Assembly (NCBI GenBank): GCA_038496445.1
Contig: JALMLS010000013.1
Span: 62,001 to 126,000 of the forward strand
Length of the DNA stretch: 64,000 nt
Direction of reading: 5' to 3'
DNA from: Trichosphaerium sp. ATCC 40318
Lineage: Eukaryota; Protista; Tubulinea
Shown here: positions 12,701 to 23,972 of the stretch, piece by piece
Layout: each line of letters starts with the position of its first letter
Position numbering within the stretch: the stretch's first letter is position 1
Program-made: the position numbers and the translations under genes
Notes under the pieces: generated by a model
What the model saw: only the letters and a program-made list of their open reading frames with translations
The model's database searches: none
What the model was told of the DNA's origin: nothing

Positions 12701-15389
12701 TTACGTCAATGTTATTGACAGATGCCCATTGCTTAACAATCGCCATATTAGGGTGCACGATAGCAACCAATGATTCCTACACAAGGTAAATAGAATTACT
12801 TACACATTATGTCTTAGCACATTACCTGAAAACTATCTCCGAACACAAAAAGCTGACTTATGATATCGCTCTTCAAAAATGCGTTTTCAAGATACTCAGG
12901 GCTATTAAATCAGTGATTAACCAATAAAAAGCACACATTTTGATTAGAAAATAGTATATGTAAGAGCGCATAAGTTAATGTAAGGGAATCTCGAGTTCAA
13001 CCAAGAAAAACAAACAGGAAAAAAAGAGGAAAACGCAAAAAGACTTCTTCTAAAAAATAGGTTCCCTAATACATACCTAACATATTCTCCTTGAGCTAGC
13101 TTAAATATATGTTTCTTTCTTCCTATTATTATGACATTTCCTTCAGAATCTTTTGTACCAATATCTCTTCAAGTGAAAATGTTAATGATACAACAAAACA
13201 GTTTTTTGTAGTTCTTACCCAGTATGAAACCAACCGTCCTTAAAAGCATCGGCACTAAATATGTTAAAGACTTAATTGTTTGTATTGACACAGTATCATA
13301 CGTCTTCTTATCATCTTTATAGTATCCAAGAGCAACATTTTTACTAAGAACTGCTATTTCACCTCTCGGCGGATTATCTGTACTTACAAAAGAAATTAGC
13401 AAAACGAACAAACTTGGTTTCAGTTCGAGTTACTATGCCTTCTCACAAAAAACTCTTGTAATATTGAATGCCAACGCGTAACATGATACAATAAGAGAAG
13501 ATTTGAATGGAGTAGACTTAAAGAAAAAATACGTTTTTGTTCTAGCTTACTAATACTTACGTTTTGTACTCTGCCCAATCTACAAGCTTTACTCTTACGT
13601 CATGTGCTACTCTATAAAGAAAATTAGCATCGTTGATAATGGTAACTAATATCATACTTATTATTGGCTGTGATACCACTGCACTCTGTAGCGCCATATC
13701 CATCAGCAACATTACAACGAAAACATCTTTTTGTTTATTAGCTGATTGCCTTGGCTATATTTTTCTGATTACCTTCGAAGCCAGTGAAGTACTGAAGGCG
13801 ATGTAGGTGCTCCTCCTGTTGTCAAAAAATCTATTCTTGTACCCAAAACTGCAGAATACTGTCTAAGTAATGCCCTTTCAATCTTTTTTTCTTCAGAAGG
13901 TTTAACATCTTTCAGCTTCGCATTAAGTATAGTTTGAAAATCAGTGTAAAGCTTATTCCATATTCTAGGTACACCAGCTAAAGAAGTTGGATTAACAGCC
14001 CTAATATCATGCAAAAGGTTCGCAATATCCTAGAAGCACTGTTTAGCATGTGACACGTGATGCTTAAGATACAAAATAATTTACAACTTAAGTTGGCTTA
14101 CTCCTGAGTATGCTGCGAATCTGCCACCATTAATGAGTGTACCGAGGTCATTTCTATTAAATATATTAGAAAGTGTGTATGTGTATATTTACGGTTACTG
14201 CAAGCGGCCGTACATGCGTGAGGAATGAGCTAGCGGCTCATAACTTATTGATATTGAAAATAATTGATATTCCCATATTCTGCTGTTAAAACTTCTATTC
14301 GATATCATTACACCCTTTGGTTTTCCAGTAGATCCACTGGTGTAAGAAATTGCAAATAAGTCATCTGGTGAAAAGTCATCTACGCTTGGATCTACAGGAG
14401 GTAGCTTCTTGCCCTAAAATAAACAAAGACGTGTTAGAATAAGGTGAACAACAAAAAAAAGCCAAAAGTGTGCCATACCTTGTTTATGACCTTATCAAAC
14501 GTTGTCAATGTAATACCTTGCGGACATTGCACAGTAGGTTTTGTATTATCCATACACACAATGTATTCCAGATCAGGACAGTCTTTTGTACATGTAATAA
14601 ACTAGCTTATAAAGTTAGACTTTTCTTATTTTTTTCTGAAATTATCTAACCTTATCCAAGAGCTCTCCAGAGCATACTACGCATTTTATCTCTGCGTGAT
14701 TTATGATATAAGTTAGATTATCTTGTTCGAAAGTATAATGTATTGGCACAGTCATATAATGAGCAAGAATATTACCATAATCGCTCAGAAACCTATTTTT
14801 GACAAATGAGGAAAAACTGTTTCTTCAAGCAATGATAAAAAACGAGTTTCTTACCATTCCAGGCGATTACGACCGCTTACACCTATTCTAGCTCCCTTGG
14901 TGGCGTTAATTATATACGTTACAGGGTAAAACAAGTATTTCGTACCTTTTTAAAACCCGTTAACGCTGTAATGCCAGTTGCGAACTGCATTATTTTTTTT
15001 TCGATATCGGAGAACGTCAGCCAAGTGCATTCGCTTTTTTGAAGCGATTTATTGTATTTCAGCACACCAATTGCCGGTCTATCTGTAAAATACTGAAACG
15101 AACTCCTTTTAGGCTGTTAGGGCGCGTAATAGTAATATCTATTAAAAGTGTTGTACATTATTGATGAACAAACTGTTTTCCCTCTACTTGGTCGTTTTAC
15201 AATAGCCTTGCACTTGAAGAAGCGGTGGCCCTTTCTATTCTTCTTTTGTTTGTAGCATTGTTCGCAAAGGTCGTAATCTTGATCATAATCTGTGTGTTGT
15301 ATTGAACCTGGCTCTAAGGGTTCATCACATGCGTTACAAACCCATTGAACCACTGACACGCCAAAAAAGTTACTAGTACGTAAAACCAT
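9754..15389 (-). CDS. Carboxylic acid reductase-like enzyme (adenylation-carrier-SDR reductase) with N-terminal ZZ-type zinc finger
   Basis: ZZ-like CNAC..DYDLCEQCY..H; AMP-binding ISYTSGSTGKPKG, GVPRIWNK, GYGATE, NPPRGEI; carrier GDSLSA (about 11850); reductase LLTGCTGFLG and YAHSKYMAE, FRPG. Many introns; start codon uncertain. Confidence 0.85.
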
Positions 15390-15543
15390 GAAGTGCCGTT
15401 ACAAATAGCAAGCCACAATCAAATCAACGTATTTTTGGGCGTTAGAGCAACAAAGACTTAAGTGGCATATTTTCACGTGAAGAACAAATGTCAGCTTTTT
15501 TCTTTTTTTATTTCGAGCTTAAACAGCGTGAAGCGCGTTAATT

Positions 15544-17326
15544 ATGTACAACCATGGGAACCCAGGGTTATTTGATGACCTTCTAGTAGAAAAGCACCGT
15601 ATGCTGCCTAAAACCATTAAATCCTTTCCTTTCGCGTCTAAAACTCTTTTAGAAACGGAAACTACAGCCAAAGCGAAATATGGATTTAATTACATTCCAG
15701 GCACTACAATAGCTGCTGGATATGGTCCCTACAAAAACGTCAGTCCATTAATAAACGCTTATTAGTACTAACAGAACTTTTAGGTGGCGCTAAACTTAGG
15801 AATGCAAGGACATAGCAATTACATGGGCTTAGTACAGTATGGCAACTATTTTAGCTCAAGGGGGTTGTTGTTGTCGTGTTTGAGTCGTATTTCGGTGGTA
15901 ACAGCGAGTAAAGCAGGTTTGAAAGAGTTACTGGCAAAGGCTCATTATAAAGGTACTAAAAACGCGGTTTGTAGCTTTAACAGCGAAAAAGGAAGGTATT
16001 ACACAGCATCTATGGATTTTTGGCTGGGAGGTCATGATAAGGGACAACGTGTTAGAGGATTGAATATTTCTTATACACAGAGTGTTGCAAAGAACACAGC
16101 AGGCAAGAAAATAACAACTTGTAAAATAGTTTTTTGTTGATGTGTCACGAAATGTCAACCTCTTTAGTTTATAGTTGGTATTACGGTTGGAAATGTATTG
16201 GATTTTAATGCTCATTACGTTGCTTCAGATTTTTGGCCTACAGTACGGCTGGTACGAGCCTATTTTTACCTTTTTTTTTGGTTTTTTTTCCAAAACAAAA
16301 AGTTTGTTATGTAGTACTGACGTTAACATTTGTTCTAGGCTGCACGTACTTTTTTTGATAACAGTTACGTATAAATAAGTATACTCTTTTTCTATTTCGA
16401 AAAACACCTTTTTTTCGTGAGCTCTGTGAGTTCAGCTTTTTTTATAATGTATTATTTTTTTTTCTTTTAGCTCTAAAGTACATACTAGATGTATTCGCTG
16501 CAAACGTTTTTGTTAGTACTAAAGCGCCAAACTTTCCGTTACTGTGCCAAACAGCAATGGTAGATCTAATGTATAGTCGATATCTTATTAACACCAAAAG
16601 AACAAAACTGAAATTAATCTCAAAAATGGGTCATCGCTCAGAGCCTACTGTAGCTTTTGGTGTGATGTATGAAGATAAGGATCCAGAAATACAAGCAAAG
16701 GTAATCACATTACAAACGCTTTAAAACGTAGCATGTCACATTAAGTTTAGGCATTAATTTTTTTTTTTCAGGTTATTTTGAAAAAAGTCAAGAAATCGCC
16801 TTTGGTAATTGGTAATATATTGTGGCAACTACCTTGGTGTCCTCAATTTTCTATTCGTTCAGAAATAGGAGTAATACTACAACATAATTTCCCAACACAG
16901 TACGTCATACCACAAACAAGCTGAAACAAAAACCTGAAAATGTTTTGACTTTTTTTTACAAACACTCACAACACAGCAAAAATTAATGATAAGATTATTT
17001 GTTGTGTGTCAATTCTAGATAACTGTAGTCGTTTTTTTTGTGAAATAGGAGTGGATTCAATTTTCTTCTTATTATTTTCTTATTTTTGGAACAGCTTTCG
17101 TTAGTCCTGTTTGTTGGCCATGCTTGGTTATATTAATTATACAAATAGATTTACAATTGGTGTTCTATACTACCCTGATGCTAATGACGTATCTTACGTC
17201 AATTATGAACGTCATAACAATGATAATCCTGAAGGATTTGAACATGGTGACAATGATGATGATAAAAATCAACAACGTGGAACGTATTTTGAATCTGTTT
17301 ATTGTAAGAACGTGTTCTTGAAATAG
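15544..17326 (+). CDS. Hypothetical multi-exon protein, possibly a divergent mitochondrial porin-superfamily (Tom40/Mdm10-like) beta-barrel
   Basis: N-terminal GNPGLFDDL, alternating beta-strand-like segments, last exon FTIGVLY then an acidic tail. Exon chain only partly resolved; family call is weak. Confidence 0.4.
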
Positions 17327-17355
17327 AACTAAAACACACAAAAAAAAGAAATGAA

Positions 17356-17571
17356 AATAAACTTAACTTGTGGGGTTCATTTCTAGAGACGACCTTTTTG
17401 AAGGTCGAGTTGTTCTCTCAATCCAAAAGGAGCCTTGGTTAGCGAGAACCACAGGACTTTCCACGGTGTTAAAGGACACTAACAATACTAAGTATTCTTA
17501 GCCCTTTGTTCCTTGTATGTAAAAACGTTTCCGCAATCCTACGATAGCCCCACCCAACCAATAAACTTAAC
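17356..17571. other. Structured insert of about 190 bp flanked by a 12-bp direct repeat
   Basis: AATAAACTTAAC at 17356-17367 and 17560-17571; GTGGGGTT/AGCCCCAC closing helix; internal hairpins. Confidence 0.45.
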
Positions 17572-17665
17572 ATTTTTGTATTAGAAATATTAGCTGATGT
17601 TTACTTTCTAATTACAAAGCGCAAAATGATATTCTTACGAAGTAGAAAGGATCTCTTTATTTAAA

Positions 17666-19313
17666 CTAAACAACAATTTCACCAGCAGGTCTAATCCAAA
17701 ATATTTCAGTAGTCTTAGTACCACCCAAAAATCCATGAGGGAAAGGTAACTTATAATCAACAACCTTAGCCAAACGATCCATGTGATCTATAAGAAGTCC
17801 AATGTAAGTCTCAATAAAACAGATGAAGTTACCTTGAGTTAGTCTGAATTTGCTCTCCAAAGCACCAATGTTATCTTTCAAATGACGAAGTTTCGAAATA
17901 CCAATAAGAGCGGAAGTGACACCACGTTGTTGGAGTGCCCAGTTCAATGAAACTTGAGATTGACTGCATCCAAGTTCTTTTGAAATTTTTGCAAGTTCTT
18001 CAGCAATATCGTAGTCTTTTTCACTCATCTGAACAACCCTGTGGCCTTCGCCAGCCTTTTTATTCATGTGTAAGCACAAAAACATGACAAAGAAAACGCT
18101 TTCTTCTTGTCCACGTAGAAATCTTCCCGTGTACTTGCCACTGCCAAGAACGCCCCATGGAACGCCACCAAGACCCAATTGGTTAGCCATTGGAAGGATA
18201 TCGGCTTCAAAGTCTCTATCACCCACGTTATAACGTCCTTGATAGCCAATGAATTTACTAGTTCAAAGTCAAGTTGAAATAAGCAAACTTAAGTACATAC
18301 GTCCAACCTCGTAGTTGAGCGACTGCCTGAGCATACGATACAACCCACGCTGGTGCATCAGATACTGCAATGTATCGTACTTTACCTGAACGAACCTACA
18401 CGGAACTAGTTAAACTAAACGTTCACCACAAGTTATCTTGTCGAGCTTTGTTTAATCTGCCAAAAAGAAAACCAAAATATTTTCGAATGAAATAATTGTT
18501 TACCAAATCATCCAATCCACGCATGACTTCCTCTATTGGCGAGGTATAGTCCCAGAAATGTACATAAAAAAGATCCTAAAAAGACCTATTACCACCACGT
18601 GATACCCTCTATAAAAATTATACAATGTAAGTTGTTTTAAGCCTTTTCAACGATAAGTCTACAGAATACATCATATTCTTTCTCCCATTCCCAGCATGAT
18701 TAACATTTACTTTGAGTCCGAAATTAAGCCCAGTAAACTTTGTGGCAATGACAAGCTACAAGAGAGTAAATCACGTGACTCTTTGACATGGAAAACAAGA
18801 CAAAACAACTCATACCTCTTCGCGGTTTCCTGCTTCTTCCATAAACTCACCCAGCCATTCTTCGGATTGTCCGTTTTGGTAGTTAACAGCAGTATCAAAG
18901 AAGTTACCACCTTGAGAAATAAAGTGGTTGAACACCTTCTTTGCTTCTTCTTTCTCCATGTGTATGCCTTGATAGAAAGTTAAATAGCTATTACAGTTCA
19001 CGTGATATTTTTTAACTAGCGCTAGTTCGGACTCTAATTACAACGAAAGAGTGGGCTTCAGTCAAGTAACAAAACTTGATTCTGGTGAAGAACAACGGAT
19101 AACAGTTACCAAACAACACAAAAAAACGGACCCATAGGCTTCCAATTTTGTCCCCATGTCATTGTACCCAAACATAAAGGCGACACACGAAGTCCTAAAG
19201 CAAGTCATCAAAATACAAACCCTTTGTTTCTCCGCCTCACCTGAACTGCCAAGAAGCCTGTACTCATTGAGCCCACTTTTACGTTCCGGATGTTTAAGCA
19301 TTTCAGCTGCCAT
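17666..19313 (-). CDS. Aldo-keto reductase (aryl-alcohol dehydrogenase-like)
   Basis: YRLLGSSGLRVSPLCLGTM, GGNFFDTAVNYQNG, VIATKF, SLKRLKTTYIDLFYVHFWD, VRSGKVRYIAVSD, PWGVLGSG. Confidence 0.93.
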
Positions 19314-20322
19314 GATGTGTTGCTTTGTGCAAAAAAGTTATTTGTAAAAAACAACATTTTAATCGGAAAGTGTTTCGGAAAATTAAATGCGAGCGGGATT
19401 TATGAAGAACCGATTTTCTTTGACATTGATGTAGGTTGCATGTTTAGGTAATCAGGATGATCAACAAATCATAAAAGGAAGAAGAAAGTGGCCTATCTGC
19501 TTTGACCACCAAATTCCAACATACCAACGATGGCCTCTAATACCAACATGAATTGTTTCCCACCTACACGAAATTGTTGAGTTGGAAGGAGATTTTTTTA
19601 AGTCAAGTGCAACCGCAGGAACATTAGACAATAGCGCTTATTTAAAGAAAACACGTGAATCTTGTGGGTGATGATAATTTTGGTAAAACTAGCAGATGAA
19701 TTTGGTTGCTCCATCTCAAGTTTCATGAACTGGGCACTCCAAAAATGTGGTGTTACTTCATTTATGCTTGCTACAGCCTTTTGACCATGTTCAGTTTATT
19801 ATTTTCCATTGTTTGATAGATGTAAAAGCAGCATTTCAAGCAAAAGAAATGGAACATTTTGATAAAAACTTGTTGGAACGTATGGAGAAATGTCAACATA
19901 GTTTGGTGATTATGTGTTATTTATGGGTGGATACTGGAATGGCATCCCGTTCTACATCACGTGTTTGTCAAATGAATCAATTGTAAGCGCGTATTTCGTC
20001 CGCAATAATGAAAATAGTAATATTTCCTAAATGGTGTAAGGTCAAGCATCGTTTTCAAGGCACAATGAATGTAAATGTTTTTTTCCTGTTCTACCAAACA
20101 TACAACACTATATCACCTTTTCTACGGGCAAATAAGTATCTGAAGGCCTCCTATTAATACACAAACATGTCTTTTGTGAGTATGATACTAAACTCTAACA
20201 AAATGTCGTTGTTTTATTATGTGGCTGTGCTTAACATGCGTTAAAGGCCTTTGTAAACTAACCACAATAAATTAAATCTAACGACACAACAGTTTTTAAT
20301 GATTATTTGTGGTGACTGGGTC

Positions 20323-20611
20323 GACCAGTTAAAGGGATCGTTTGTCAACGTCATTCATCCGGCAGTTCCTCTGAAATTTTCAATACGTCAACATTGGGGC
20401 TGCGTTGTAAGGCTTCACGGTTTCAATGTTGACGTATTGAAAATCCTGGGGGAACTGCCGGATGACTGGGTATTGCCGCTGTCATGTCTGCAGCGAGGTA
20501 GTGATAGTTAACAAGTCTACCTACCTTCTCATGTGATGCTCAGCTGAATTAGGTGAAACTCCAATTCAGACGTGAGGCGTTGTTGACAAACGACTACTGG
20601 TCTTTCTTTTT
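20323..20611 (+). ncRNA. Unidentified highly structured RNA-like element (about 280 nt)
   Basis: Paired ends, a hairpin of about 45 bp, two further hairpins, many G-U pairs on the + strand, terminal T-run. Confidence 0.6.
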
Positions 20612-22530
20612 TATGGAAAGTTCTTGCCAATGACGGTTATAACAATTTTTAAACAGCCCAAACCCTCGCAATCCGCTCTTGTATATCTCCAACAGCTGTA
20701 GCACCAACCGCAATACAGTGCCACACGTCCAATAACATTACCGCCTATGACAATACCTTCAGCAGTGTCACCAACACGTGTCCTTTCAACTGTAGGGCCA
20801 ACAACACCTACCATGACACTTTCAACCACAACAAACCTCTGGAATTGACAGTCAAGTTAGTATTGTTGCTATGACACCTGATAACGCGTATATGCCTAAA
20901 CGAACAAAAATAACATAAACCAATTTCTCAGTTGCCTCATACCAAAATTTCGTACACCTTTTGAAATGTAACCTTGTTTACAAGCTAGATTGCACAGAAA
21001 ATAGAGTTAACAACCAAACAATAATACTGCATGCTAAGTAAGAAAAGTTCCAAACAGTACTCTCGTACATTGTACAACCGGTTTTTACTTGCAACAAAGC
21101 AGTAGGAACTACTTACCTCTGAGGACTCGCAATGGTTCCACAGTTTTGATGCCTTCAACATTATGTACAAGCTCTGGTAATCTGACGTTTGTAAAGACAT
21201 CGCCAGACATGCTGCAAAGGAAACACGCCTTAACAAAGAATGGTTTAAAAGGTTTACAAAAAACAGCACGTGATGCCTTCCAATATCAACAAAACATCAC
21301 TACACGCAAAATACGTTAGGCCTTGTGACCTTGCATAAAAATGGATGTTGGCTTGTTTGATTTGTTCACTGAATGTGAGGAACGCTTTATGCTTTTAAAT
21401 CTCGGACCGTTTCCGGACCGAAAACTGATATCTTAGGTCCGGTATCAGATTGGTGTTCGCTACCTCTACAATAAACTGATTCAAACAAAAAGACTGACTC
21501 TGATCATTTTTTGCAACTTGCAATTTATGTGTAAAGTGTTAGTGATTGAAATAAAAAAAGAGCTATGAGAACTTCCGAAGACATGTAGTCAAAAATAACG
21601 GTCTGGATACAATGTATTCATTAGTGAGATGATATATGATAGGACATATGAAGGCGAAATTCAAGTTGACATTACTTTTCAGAACAGAATCCTGTACAAT
21701 ACACTCTACAGCATTGCTGCCACATGTGAATACTATTTTACCCCAGTTCTCCTGGTGGTACTTGACAATCTTTTCCCACAACTCGACATTTCTCGCGGTG
21801 ATTATCATATATTATGAGCTACTAACCGAATCAGAACTTTTTCTCTTTGAGCACTAGATTTGTAAATCCTGTTTTTGGGATACACCACTTTTCACGAAAA
21901 ATAATAGATCCAAGGGTGTTTTGACAACATTGATTCGTTATAGGTACTAAAAGAGCGGTAGTGAATAGTACTAGTGATAAAGTTTGTCTGCTGAATGTTT
22001 GCGAAAGAGAAGTTTTAGATTGTGATTTCTCTTTAACTAAAACTGTAGCGCTCTGTATGGAGCGTTACAAAAACATGTTTCGTCAGTTAAAGCTCTCTAT
22101 TAAAACCATTTTGATATTCCGTAATAAAACTTAAAAAAAGTGACACCAACAAACTCCTTGGGACTTTCCGTCATGTTTATCACTGGCTTGGTTGAGAAAA
22201 TAAGCAGGCAGTTTTAGAGCTTGAAACAAACATTATTCGGTGATAACACATAAAAGGGTGACCACAACAAACTCTTCGTGCGAATCACGTGACAGAACAC
22301 ATTTTTGGAGAGGTTTATATGGTGTGAATAACTCTTCATACGCTCGAGAATTTACGTGTAAGCTGTTAATGTTACCTTTTAAAAAGATCTTTTTGAAATA
22401 GACATTAATCGTTGATCAAGAGGTAAAAAAACGTGGGCACTGGCTAGCGAAATAGGAAGTTCTCGCTATTTTCAAGTAAATCACATAGTTGTCTGCATTT
22501 TTAAAGGCAACAACTTTCAGCATACAAACA

Positions 22531-23238
22531 ATGCATCGCCTCTCGCTAATACTGGCCCTTCTCGCTCTGGTAGTACTTTGTACGGTACGTGTTACTAAAA
22601 CAGAAATAACCTGCCCAAGTATTTTTGCTAACTGTCTATAGTGCCAACCTGCAGCTGGTCCACTAACCACTGATACAACTACAGTTTCTCCAACTACTAA
22701 TGATCCGCCAACTGATGCTACAACTACAGTTTTTCCAACGGATGAAACCGACGTTACAACTACAGTTTCTCCACCAGATGACACTACAACAGTTTTTCCA
22801 ACATCTAATGATTCACCAGCCGACACTACTACAGTTCCAAGTTCTCCAACAGCTAATGATCCACCAGCTGATGCTACAACAGTTTCACCAACTTCTTCGA
22901 CAACTAATGATCCGCCAGCCGACGCTACAACAGTTTCGCCAACTTCTCCAACAACTAATGATCCTCCAATTGACGCTATTACAGTTCCAACTTCACCAAC
23001 AACTATTGACCCACCAGCCGACGCTACAACAGTTTCTCCAACTTCACCAACAACTAATGACCAACCAGCCGACGCTACAACAGTTTTTCCAACTTCTCCA
23101 ACAGCAACAGCTTCAACAAGTAGTCGTGTAAGCTGTATACGAGGTTGTAGGGCCGATTATAGAGAATGTGTCCGTAATACCCCTATTGCTGTATGTAGAG
23201 TTGAAAGACGTTCTTGCCTTAGACTATGCCTTATTTGA
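22531..23238 (+). CDS. Secreted mucin-like Thr/Pro repeat protein with C-terminal 6-Cys domain
   Basis: Signal peptide MHRLSLILALLALVVLCT, one intron (about 22585-22641), NDPPADATTVSPTSPTT repeats, C-terminus CIRGC..ECV..VC..SCLRLCLI*. Confidence 0.85.
22697..23100 (+). repeat. Coding tandem repeat, unit about 48-51 bp
   Basis: Repeated CCAACAACTAATGATCCGCCAGCCGACGCTACAACAGTTTC variants. Confidence 0.9.
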
Positions 23239-23972
23239 TGGTATTGTATGGCACACTGTTTAGTATTGTTCCCAATAGTAAACCCCTTCACATTCCTTTG
23301 TTTTGTTAGTCATTTGACTTTTAAAGGTTAGTGTTTTAGACAATAACCGTATATCAAATATATTTTCTGCACGTGATAGATTAGTTTGAATTATTGCTAA
23401 AATAGTGAAACAAGAATGGAAATAAAATTACTAACAACAATAGACAGTACTGCTCTGCGTACCAGTATAGTCATTTTGTATAAATGAACAGTTGATTAAG
23501 GCCTTGATGTTTAAGGTCAACTTAAAACATGATGGCTAAGGTACAAGATCATCAACATTGACACGTGTTTTGCAGATGCTTCAACAAATACATTCATGCT
23601 TTTGTGCAATTCCTTTCCTTCTTCTGTTTGTTACTTGTCTATCTTCTTCTAAGTCCATTTATTTCCCACAAGCAATTACTATGTTCTGTAAATGTACTTG
23701 CAGGCACTGGTGTCACACGGGTATACGTGGAACCTGGAGTACTAAAAAAAAATTTTTGCGAGCGCACGAGGTTGACCAGTCACGAGGTATGAAATCTGTA
23801 ACCAACTTCTTCCACTGTTCAATTGAATCACTAACCTGCCGGCTAAAGGACGGACCACGACCACCTCTAGTTACACATGGTAGCTACGTAATTAGCAGAT
23901 ACTTGTGCTTAAGATAAGCATTGTATTAAAGAGTACACAGGAGCGTTTTATTGTTTTATTTTTTATTGTTTT

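Noticed and set aside
16103-16174. Possible GC-AG intron
   Set aside because: A GT donor at 16121 gives the same phase, so GC is not required.
17450-17465. GGAAAGTCC on the minus strand resembling RNase P/MRP CR-I
   Set aside because: Pairs within a local hairpin; no distal P4 partner found.
19400-20000. Coding-like remnants, possible decayed transposon
   Set aside because: Short stop-interrupted ORFs with no motif I can assign.
20555-20575. CCAATTCAGAC resembling RNase P RNA CR-V
   Set aside because: No matching CR-I (GGAA.GUCUG) context; the motif can pair locally in a hairpin.
20630-21860. Thr/Pro-rich and other short ORF fragments
   Set aside because: No coherent exon chain or recognisable family.
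22700-23131. Gln/Leu-rich ORF
   Set aside because: Alternative frame of the mucin tandem repeat.
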